Below are positions 33,358 to 40,133 of a DNA stretch of 40,133 bases, piece by piece. The notes beneath the pieces are model-generated. The model was not told the DNA's origin. It did no database searches and saw only the letters and a list, made by a program, of their open reading frames with translations. Position 1 is the stretch's first letter. Every line of letters begins with the position of its first letter. The stretch spans positions 1 through 40,133 of the forward strand of contig CAZAXK010000004.1 in assembly GCA_964489135.1 (NCBI GenBank). Direction: 5' to 3'. The position numbers and the translations under genes are program-made. This DNA comes from an uncultured Candidatus Saccharibacteria bacterium. Lineage in GTDB: Bacteria; Patescibacteriota; Minisyncoccia; Phycocordibacterales; WO2-35-19.

Positions 33358-34875
33358 TTATACACCGGTTATTTTCTCTATTCTCGCACCGATCGAGTTT
33401 AATCGTTCCACCACATCTTCATAACCGCGATTGATCGAGTAGACATTGCGTAGAATAGAAACACCCGACGCTTTGAGCATGGCAATAAGTATGATCATCG
33501 CTGGTCGCAGAGCCGGTGGGCAAACCAGCTGTGCTGGCTTGAGGCTGGTCGGGCCAGTCACAAAGACCCGATGTGGATCGGCCAGACTGATATTTGCCCC
33601 CAACCGATTGAGCTCGGTGAAGTATATGGCTCGATTCTCCCACATCCAGTCATGTATCAAAGTGGTGCCCTCGGCTTGAGTGGCGATCGGGACGAAGAAT
33701 GGCAGGTTGTCCGAATTGAGCCCTGGGTAAGGCAAAGGATGGATCTTGTCTTTGGAAGCGACGAACTTGGAGGGGAAAACGGTTATGTCGACGAGCTTGG
33801 TCTGCCCGTTTTCGGCCAAATACTCTTTGGACATTTTGTATTTTAGTCCCATGGTCTTGAGCTTCTGCATCTCCACGGCCAAAAAATCGATGGGGCACTT
33901 TTTTACCGTCAATTTGGAATTGGTAGTGATACCGGCCGATAAGAACATCATCGACTCGATCGGGTCCTCGCTATTGTGGTATTCGACGTCAGTATCGATC
34001 CGCCCGACACCATGGACTCGCAAGTTGGTCGTGCCGACACCTTCGATTTTGACCCCGAGTTTTTGCAAAAAGAAACACACCTCCTGAACCTGGTAATTGG
34101 GCGGGGCAAACCGAATCTCAGTTACCCCGGGCACCAAAGCAGCCATCATGATTGCATTCTCGGCTGCCGTGTCGCTCGCTTCGTACATTATTATATCGGC
34201 CGGTTTGAGCTTACCCACTGAAACCTCATAGCGATTGCCGGTCGTCTTGATCGACACACCTAAATCAGCAAACGCATGCCGGTGCGCCACGATCGTCCTC
34301 TCACCCATCTTGCAACCTCCCGAGTGAAGCAGAGCAAACTTGCCCAAATTGTGAACCATTGCCGGCAAGAGCATAAGACTCGAGCGGACGTTTGCCACGG
34401 ACGGGTGCAGTAATCCTTGCTTGTTGAATTTTTTTGGCGGAACAATCTCGAGCTTTTGTTTGTCGAGCCACCTGACCTTCACGCCGATTGCAGTGAGTAT
34501 CTCCATCATACGGTTAACCTCTTCGATGCGCGGTATACCAAGGAGGGTAGTCTTGCCCTGATTGAGTAACGAGGCGCACAAGAGACCCATCGCACCATTT
34601 TTGGAAGGATTGGTTGTAATAGAGCCCGAGAGCTTCCGACCACCCTCGATGCGAAAGTCGATTGAATCAGTAAGCGAGACGATCTTATGCTCAAGTGCAT
34701 CCCCGATCCGCAAAAGCTCGCTTGCCGTCAGGTTCTGCCGGCCCGCTTCGATGCGAGCAATCGTGCTTTGGGCGGTATTCAAGCGTAGGGCCAGCTCTTC
34801 TTGAGTAAGCAAGCGCTTTTCGCGCAACTTCTTTATAAACGCTCCGATCGCTTGTTGGTGGTCTGGTTTTTTCAT
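33358..34875 (-). CDS. murA: XRE-HTH fused UDP-N-acetylglucosamine 1-carboxyvinyltransferase
   Basis: N-terminal LREKRLLTQEELALRLNTAQSTIARIEAGRQN, then SKNGAM, GGCKMGER (catalytic Cys), EDPIE, PYPGL, INRGYE. Confidence 0.95.
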   Translation of the reverse strand: MKKPDHQQAIGAFIKKLREKRLLTQEELALRLNTAQSTIARIEAGRQNLTASELLRIGDALEHKIVSLTDSIDFRIEGGRKLSGSITTNPSKNGAMGLLCASLLNQGKTTLLGIPRIEEVNRMMEILTAIGVKVRWLDKQKLEIVPPKKFNKQGLLHPSVANVRSSLMLLPAMVHNLGKFALLHSGGCKMGERTIVAHRHAFADLGVSIKTTGNRYEVSVGKLKPADIIMYEASDTAAENAIMMAALVPGVTEIRFAPPNYQVQEVCFFLQKLGVKIEGVGTTNLRVHGVGRIDTDVEYHNSEDPIESMMFLSAGITTNSKLTVKKCPIDFLAVEMQKLKTMGLKYKMSKEYLAENGQTKLVDITVFPSKFVASKDKIHPLPYPGLNSDNLPFFVPIATQAEGTTLIHDWMWENRAIYFTELNRLGANISLADPHRVFVTGPTSLKPAQLVCPPALRPAMIILIAMLKASGVSILRNVYSINRGYEDVVERLNSIGARIEKITGV

Positions 34876-34881
34876 CGATAC

Positions 34882-34903
34882 AATATATCACATATGATAT
34901 AAT
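34882..34903. promoter_or_regulatory. Back-to-back extended -10 promoters forming a palindrome between murA and murB
   Basis: TATATCA-cata-TGATATA. Plus strand TGaTATAAT ends 9 nt before the murB ATG; minus strand TGaTATATT ends 6 nt before the murA ATG. Confidence 0.65.
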
Positions 34904-34912
34904 ATTGGCATT

Positions 34913-35905
34913 ATGCGTGTGGAAAGAAACCAGCTTGTGCCCAATTCCTTCGGTCTGCGATCCGTCGCCCCCCTTCTTGTCCACCTCGAGAAGAAAGCCG
35001 ATATTCCCCAATCCCTTGAGCTCGCGCGTGAGAACGGCTTACCACTCTTGGTCCTCGGCTCGGGCACCAACGTTATACCGAGCGAACGATTGGAAGCAGT
35101 GGTAGCGCTGACCGAGGAGCGAAATATAGTAAGACGAGGAGAATTCTTAGAAGTGCAGGCCGGCGAGGATTGGGACCGAGTCGTAGAGTTTGCGGTAGAG
35201 CAAAACCTGACTGGACTCGAAGCGCTTTCTCTTATACCAGGCAAGGCCGGCTCGGCTCCGATACAAAACATCGGTGCTTACAGTAGTGAACTTGCAGATA
35301 ACTTGATATCGGTCGAATGCTATGACACAAAGGTTGGAGAATTCATCAAAATGAGCAAGACCGACTGCGCCTTCGGCTACCGCGACAGTATTTTCAAACG
35401 TGAGCCCCAGCGTTTCATCGTGGCTTCCCTTCTTTTCAAACTTTCAGAAACAGAACCGGTAATGCCGGATTACAAAGATGTCTTGAGGTATTTTGCCGAA
35501 AGGGAAAATAATTCTCCAACCTTAAAACAGATCCGCGAAGCTATTATCAAGATACGGCAGGGCAAGTTGCCCGACTATAAAGAATTACCAAATTGCGGAT
35601 CCTTCTTCAAAAATCCGATTATCGAAAACGACTTAGCTACAAAATTAAAATCAGAATTTCCCGACTTACCCGCCTTCCCCGCCGGATCCAAAACCAAGAT
35701 CCCCGCTGGTTACCTGCTCGACCAAGCGGGACTAAAAGGCAAAACAATAAACAACATTGGAGTTTATGAGCGCAACGCTTTGGTACTAACGAACCCCAAC
35801 CATGCTTCTTTCGCCGACCTCTTATCTGCAAAAGATCAAATCATCGATATCATTTTCCAAAAATTCGGTATCACTCTCGAACCGGAAGTAAATATTATTG
35901 AGTAA
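34913..35905 (+). CDS. murB: UDP-N-acetylenolpyruvoylglucosamine reductase
   Basis: VLGSGTNV, LSLIPGKAGSAPIQNIGAY, FGYRDSIFK, NCGSFFKNP, LEPEV. Confidence 0.97.
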   Translation: MRVERNQLVPNSFGLRSVAPLLVHLEKKADIPQSLELARENGLPLLVLGSGTNVIPSERLEAVVALTEERNIVRRGEFLEVQAGEDWDRVVEFAVEQNLTGLEALSLIPGKAGSAPIQNIGAYSSELADNLISVECYDTKVGEFIKMSKTDCAFGYRDSIFKREPQRFIVASLLFKLSETEPVMPDYKDVLRYFAERENNSPTLKQIREAIIKIRQGKLPDYKELPNCGSFFKNPIIENDLATKLKSEFPDLPAFPAGSKTKIPAGYLLDQAGLKGKTINNIGVYERNALVLTNPNHASFADLLSAKDQIIDIIFQKFGITLEPEVNIIE

Positions 35906-35918
35906 ATTTTATATATAG

Positions 35919-35945
35919 AAAAAGGGAGCTCTCCGCCGAGCCCCC
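35919..35945 (-). terminator. Intrinsic terminator
   Basis: Minus strand gggggctc-ggcgga-gagctccc-ttttt. Confidence 0.7.
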
Positions 35946-35954
35946 ACCAATGCC

Positions 35955-36188
35955 TCAAACATCGAGACCGAATTCGCTCCGGAGAAACGCAATACCCTCC
36001 TGCTCTCCCGAGCAAAAAACCACAGTTTTTTCGCGGACGATCGCGCCCGCGATCACACCGGAGAAAAGTCCCTGAAAAGCCAGAAACACTTCGTCTGAGA
36101 AAAGAAGATCCTCCCGACAATTCAGGGGTTCTCCGTAGATGTTATGCCTAGAGACCGGATGGTCTCCAGGGTAGCAAAGTCCGGTCAT
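35955..36188 (-). CDS. 77-aa hypothetical protein, stand-alone unit
   Basis: AAGGAGGT SD 4 nt before ATG; TTAACA-17-TATAAA upstream; terminator downstream. Confidence 0.65.
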   Translation of the reverse strand: MTGLCYPGDHPVSRHNIYGEPLNCREDLLFSDEVFLAFQGLFSGVIAGAIVREKTVVFCSGEQEGIAFLRSEFGLDV

Positions 36189-36236
36189 GGACACCTCCTT
36201 TTTATTTTATACCATATATGAGATAATTTGTTAACT

Positions 36237-37523
36237 ATGATTCTCGATAAGAATGGTTATCACTTCATCGGCATCGGTGGGATTGGGATCTCGGCAATTG
36301 CCCAAATGCTACTAAAGCAAGGCAAGAAAGTCAGCGGATCCGACCAAGCCCGTTCAGAAATTACCGACGACCTTGAGGAGCTCGGCGCCCAAATATTTAT
36401 CGGCCACAAGGCCGAGAACTTGAATGATGATGTCGAGGTGATTATCTACACCATCGCCATCCCCGACTCCAATCCCGAGATGCAGGAGGCTCGCAAGCGC
36501 GAGCGAGAAGCAAAATCGGTTGCGGAGAGCGATTTCGTTGTCGCCTCATATCCCGAAGCACTCGGTGAACTTTCCAAACAGAAATACACAATCGCTATTT
36601 CCGGCACCCATGGCAAGACGACCACGACCGCGATGATCGGCCACATCCTGCGCGAAGCCGGCCTCGACCCGACTATCATCGTCGGCTCCAAGATGCTTTC
36701 TAATCAAAAGGAAGGGGGGAGCAATTTCTACGGGGGCACTAGCCAATACTTGGTTGTCGAAGCTTGCGAATACCGACGATCTTTCCTCAATCTTTCGCCC
36801 AAGATTCTGGTTATCACCAACATCGAAGCAGACCACCTCGATTATTACAAAGACCTCGATGATATAAAAAGCGCTTTTGCAGAACTCAAAGCCAAGGTGC
36901 CCGCAGATGGAAAGATCATTACTGAGCAAGAATATTCCGAAGTCGATATCCGAAAAGACGACCTACTGATACCGGGCGAGCACAATTTGAAGAACGCCCG
37001 CGCGGCGATCAAAGCCGTCGAAGCGATTGGTATAGAAGCTGAAAAGGCCAAGGGATATCTTGCGAGTTTTCGTGGCACTTGGCGCCGACTGGAATACAAA
37101 GGCACCTATGCTTGGGCAGGAGAAGATGAGATCGTTGTCTACGACGATTATGCTCACCACCCGAGCGAGATCAGAGCTTCCCTTTCGGCACTGCACGAAA
37201 AATACCCCGACTATAAATTAGTTGCCGTGTTTGAACCTCACCAGCAGAGCCGGACCAAATTGCTATTCGACGACTTCGTAAGCGCTCTCTCGATCGCCGA
37301 TCAAGTATTCATCGCGCCCATCTACAAAGCACGCGAGGTTCTCGACCCCACTATTTCCAGCACGATTCTGGCCGAAGAGGTCAACAAAACCAAACCCTGT
37401 AGGGCGGTGGAGAATGTGGAGGAGTTGAAAGAAATAATCAAAGAGAGGGAGCAGAAAAAAATCTGTCTAGTTCTCATGGGTGCTGGCGATATCTACAAAT
37501 GGACTGCCACAATTCTCAATTAA
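36237..37523 (+). CDS. murC: UDP-N-acetylmuramate--L-alanine ligase
   Basis: HFIGIGGIGISAIA, ISGTHGKTTTT, VVEACEY, TNIEADHLDYY, DDYAHHPSEI, FEPHQQSRT, MGAGDI. Confidence 0.96.
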   Translation: MILDKNGYHFIGIGGIGISAIAQMLLKQGKKVSGSDQARSEITDDLEELGAQIFIGHKAENLNDDVEVIIYTIAIPDSNPEMQEARKREREAKSVAESDFVVASYPEALGELSKQKYTIAISGTHGKTTTTAMIGHILREAGLDPTIIVGSKMLSNQKEGGSNFYGGTSQYLVVEACEYRRSFLNLSPKILVITNIEADHLDYYKDLDDIKSAFAELKAKVPADGKIITEQEYSEVDIRKDDLLIPGEHNLKNARAAIKAVEAIGIEAEKAKGYLASFRGTWRRLEYKGTYAWAGEDEIVVYDDYAHHPSEIRASLSALHEKYPDYKLVAVFEPHQQSRTKLLFDDFVSALSIADQVFIAPIYKAREVLDPTISSTILAEEVNKTKPCRAVENVEELKEIIKEREQKKICLVLMGAGDIYKWTATILN

Positions 37524-37552
37524 CTGCTCCTTAAAGCAAATTTATACACTTT

Positions 37553-37575
37553 CCCGCGGCCGCGGGTTTTTGTAT
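37553..37575 (+). terminator. Probable murC terminator
   Basis: cccgcggccgcggg followed by ttttt. Confidence 0.55.
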
Positions 37576-37619
37576 AATTTTTAAATTTTGAATTTTATAT
37601 GAAATATAGAAAACAAATT

Positions 37620-37647
37620 GTGCGTGGCAGAAACAACTACCACGCAC
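37620..37647 (-). terminator. Hairpin after the twin micro-ORFs
   Basis: Minus strand GTGCGTGGTAG-ttgttt-CTGCCACGCAC, 11-bp stem, then aatttgttttc. Confidence 0.6.
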
Positions 37648-37649
37648 GT

Positions 37650-37766
37650 TTAGAAAGGGTTCACCTGTGTTCGCCCGCGGAGCCGATCCGCTAGGCGGGA
37701 AAAGAAGTATGGCACACCCATCACAAGGGCGTACCATACAATCGCGAAAACAATTTTGACTTTCAT
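37650..37766 (-). CDS. 38-aa single-TM micro-protein (not in ORF track)
   Basis: MKVKIVFAIVWYALVMGVPYFFSRLADRLRGRTQVNPF; ATGA overlap with the preceding micro-ORF. Confidence 0.55.
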   Translation of the reverse strand: MKVKIVFAIVWYALVMGVPYFFSRLADRLRGRTQVNPF

Positions 37767-37873
37767 GATCTACTCCGCCGACCCCGGCGGTCGGCCAAAA
37801 AAGTGAAGAAGACACCGATGATCGCTAGCCACATAGCGCCACCGGAAACCAAAAAAAGATTCGATTTATTCAT
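37763..37873 (-). CDS. 36-aa single-TM micro-protein (not in ORF track)
   Basis: MNKSNLFLVSGGAMWLAIIGVFFTFLADRRGRRSRS. Confidence 0.55.
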   Translation of the reverse strand: MNKSNLFLVSGGAMWLAIIGVFFTFLADRRGRRSRS

Positions 37874-37900
37874 CTAAAAATATTATTCCATAGCCGACAT

Positions 37901-37935
37901 AAAAAACAAAGGGGTGGTCGATGTTCTGACCCCCC
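37901..37935 (-). terminator. Terminator after the 43-aa basic ORF
   Basis: Minus strand ggggggtc-agaacatc-gaccacccc-tttgtttttt. Confidence 0.6.
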
Positions 37936-37960
37936 TCCCTCTCTACTTACCGCCCGCTAT

Positions 37961-38092
37961 TCAACCTCGCCAGCGTGGGACCCGAACGACTTGGGTCCCT
38001 ACCCCGTTTTGTTTGGAACGACGCTTTCTCACGTGTCGCTCCGCCGCCCGGCTAAGCGCAGCCGGGTTTTTCCGACGGTTCTTCTTGGCCAT
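37961..38092 (-). CDS. 43-aa basic micro-protein (not in ORF track)
   Basis: MAKKNRRKNPAALSRAAERHVRKRRSKQNGVGTQVVRVPRWRG; AGGAGG SD; TTGTCT-17-TAACTT promoter; terminator follows. Confidence 0.6.
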   Translation of the reverse strand: MAKKNRRKNPAALSRAAERHVRKRRSKQNGVGTQVVRVPRWRG

Positions 38093-38178
38093 AGGCCTCC
38101 TGCCAATAAAGTTAGCAAAATCAACACAGAAAGACAAGTGTGGAAAAAGTTAAAAGTTTTTGGTAGACTCTTACAAGC

Positions 38179-38262
38179 GCGTCGGTGGTGGAGTGGTCTA
38201 TCACAACAGACTGTAAATCTGTCGCCCATTGGGCTTCGTTGGTTCGAATCCAACCCGACGCA
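38179..38262 (+). tRNA. tRNA-Tyr(GTA)
   Basis: GCGTCGG/CCGACGC acceptor, ACAGA-CTGTAAA-TCTGT anticodon arm, long variable arm. Confidence 0.96.
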
Positions 38263-38264
38263 CA

Positions 38265-38294
38265 CGAAAAAAACTGCTTTGGCAGTTTTTTTCG
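38265..38294. terminator. Bidirectional terminator between tRNA-Tyr and clpB
   Basis: cgaaaaaaactgc-tttg-gcagtttttttcg, perfect 13-bp stem. Confidence 0.8.
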
Positions 38295-38298
38295 TTCT

Positions 38299-40131
38299 TT
38301 ACTCCTGCTCCACCGGAGTATTGAGGACGCTCGCTTCGATGATTGCTCCGCGACGGCCCTTCTTGATGTCGAAGTTGAGTTCTGAATTTTTGAGCGAAAT
38401 GTGGACGAATCCGCCTTTCATGATCGATTTGCTGATGATAAGCGACGCGATCGGATTGAGAATCTTGTTCTGGATCAAGCGCTTGAGCGGTCGTGCACCA
38501 TACTGCGGATTGTAGCCCTCGCGCGCCAGATAATCGAGCGCCTCTTCGGTCAGATCGATCTCGATTTCCTTAAGTGAAAGTCGCTCGCGGACCAAGCCGA
38601 TCTGAATCTTTACTATCTCTCTGATTGCCTCTCTAGATAGCACGTCAAAGACCACCACGTCGTCGAGACGGTTGAGAAATTCGGGACTAAAGTGATCCTT
38701 GAGCGCTTCAAGCACCTTGTCTTTGACGCTACTGTAAGACGAGCTTTCTGAGGTATCGCGCTCACCAAAGCCCATCTTCTCCATCTTCTCAATGTATTGA
38801 GCGCCGATGTTCGAGGTCATGATAATAATCGTGTTTTTGAAGTTGACTGTTCGGCCCTTTGAATCAGTAAGTCGGCCGTTGTCGAGTACCTGAAGTAGTA
38901 CGTTGAATACTTCTGGGTGCGCCTTCTCTATCTCATCGAAAAGCACGATCGAATACGGTCGATGTCGGACTGATTCGGTAAGCCCGCCGGCATCGTCGAA
39001 GCCGACATAGCCAGGAGGTGCACCTATAAGCTTGGAAACACTGTGCTTCTCCATAAACTCCGACATATCGACGCGAATAAGCGCCTTCTCATCGTTGAAC
39101 ATAAACTCAGCAAGGGCTTTGGTAAGCTCGGTCTTGCCCACACCGGTGGGTCCTAGGAATATGAATGAGCCAATCGGCTTGTTCGGATCGCTAATACCAG
39201 CGCGCGAGCGTTTGATTGTATCAGATATTTTCTGGACCGCTTCATCCTGCCCGACAATTTTCTTCTTGAGCTCGTCTTCCATGCGGTTCAACTTCTCGGC
39301 TTCTTCTTCGAGCATGCGAGATACCGGTATGCCAGTCCACTTGGCGACAATCTCGGCGATGTCGTTCTCGGTTATTTCTTCGCGTAGAATCTGTCGCGAG
39401 GTCTGCAATTTCTTGAGCTTCTTGACTTGAGTGTCGAGATCCTTTTGCAACTCAGGAATCTTGCCATATCTTATTTCGGCGGCACGCGCCAAATCAGCGA
39501 CCGCTTCGGCCGAATCGGCATTGAGGCGTTCTTGCTCCAACTCCTTTTTGATGCGCTTTATTTCGGTTACGGTTTCCTTTTCGTTCTTCCACTTCAAGTC
39601 GAGCTCGCTCGTCTTTTCGCGCAGATCAGCTATCTCCTTCTCTATTTCGGCAAGTCGCTTCTTGGCCTTGACGCTTCTGCCTTCGGCTTCCTTCTTGAGC
39701 GCTTCTTTCTCGATTTCTAATTTGATTATTTTTGAATTCGTTTCGGCCAAGGCTGGTGGCATATTCTCAAGTGAAATTTTGAGATGAGAAGACGCTTCGT
39801 CGATCAGGTCCACTGCCTTGTCGGGCAGAAATCGGTCGGTGATGTATCTCGAAGAAAGATTGACCGCCGACTTGATAGCATCATCGGTAATGTGCACGCC
39901 ATGGTAGAGCTCGTATCGTTCTTTTAGACCGCGCAAAATAGTAACCGCATCATCTATCGACGGCTCGCTCACATAGACCGGCTGGAAGCGACGCGTAAGA
40001 GCTGGGTCCTTCTCGATGTGCTTTTGATACTCCTTGAGAGTAGTTGCCCCGATAGCTCGTAGCTCACCCCTCGCGAGAGCGGGCTTCAGCATATTGGACG
40101 CATCAAGCGATCCTTCGGCCGAGCCAGCACC
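38299..40131 (-). CDS. clpB: Chaperone ClpB (N-terminal part beyond window end)
   Basis: [38 protein letters not shown], long M-domain coiled coil, [26 protein letters not shown]. Confidence 0.95.
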   Translation of the reverse strand, partial: GAGSAEGSLDASNMLKPALARGELRAIGATTLKEYQKHIEKDPALTRRFQPVYVSEPSIDDAVTILRGLKERYELYHGVHITDDAIKSAVNLSSRYITDRFLPDKAVDLIDEASSHLKISLENMPPALAETNSKIIKLEIEKEALKKEAEGRSVKAKKRLAEIEKEIADLREKTSELDLKWKNEKETVTEIKRIKKELEQERLNADSAEAVADLARAAEIRYGKIPELQKDLDTQVKKLKKLQTSRQILREEITENDIAEIVAKWTGIPVSRMLEEEAEKLNRMEDELKKKIVGQDEAVQKISDTIKRSRAGISDPNKPIGSFIFLGPTGVGKTELTKALAEFMFNDEKALIRVDMSEFMEKHSVSKLIGAPPGYVGFDDAGGLTESVRHRPYSIVLFDEIEKAHPEVFNVLLQVLDNGRLTDSKGRTVNFKNTIIIMTSNIGAQYIEKMEKMGFGERDTSESSSYSSVKDKVLEALKDHFSPEFLNRLDDVVVFDVLSREAIREIVKIQIGLVRERLSLKEIEIDLTEEALDYLAREGYNPQYGARPLKRLIQNKILNPIASLIISKSIMKGGFVHISLKNSELNFDIKKGRRGAIIEASVLNTPVEQE

Positions 40132-40133
40132 AA

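Noticed and set aside
37553-37566. Third copy of the CGGCCG-centred palindrome
   Set aside because: Shares only the central 6 bp; with its T-run it is better explained as the murC terminator.
1-40133. Alternative genetic code (TGA=Gly, code 25)
   Set aside because: Core genes are uninterrupted in code 11 and several (frr, priA, murD) end at TGA at the expected length.

Overview
Housekeeping-rich segment of a small-genome bacterium, most consistent with Patescibacteria/CPR (Parcubacteria-like). This is inferred from gene style and few Shine-Dalgarno sites; TGA acts as a stop, so the code is 11. Content: partial mreC, two mreB paralogs, proS, rseP, frr, delta'-like clamp-loader subunit, priA, def, fmt, hpf, M15B carboxypeptidase, class A beta-lactamase-fold protein, PAP2, dus, a membrane-anchored Clp-like ATPase, ftsQ, serS, dprA, topA, a short RelA/SpoT homolog, parB, miaA, rpmG, a class IV aminotransferase, murD, HTH-murA, murB, murC, partial clpB and four tRNAs (Asn, Leu, Trp, Tyr). 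The less ordinary signal lies between and inside these genes. (1) A wHTH + Cas2-like (PaaX-like) gene is bracketed by two copies of a 34-bp palindrome. (2) A set of small palindromic repeat elements duplicates tRNA ends in sense and antisense, has locus-specific inverted arms, and sits in frame inside proteins (four in dus). (3) An HNH-like ORF missed by the ORF track apparently starts at ACG. (4) Several small stand-alone transcription units are also absent from the ORF track. No integrase, transposase or CRISPR array is visible. Family assignments come from motif recognition only; no database search was run.
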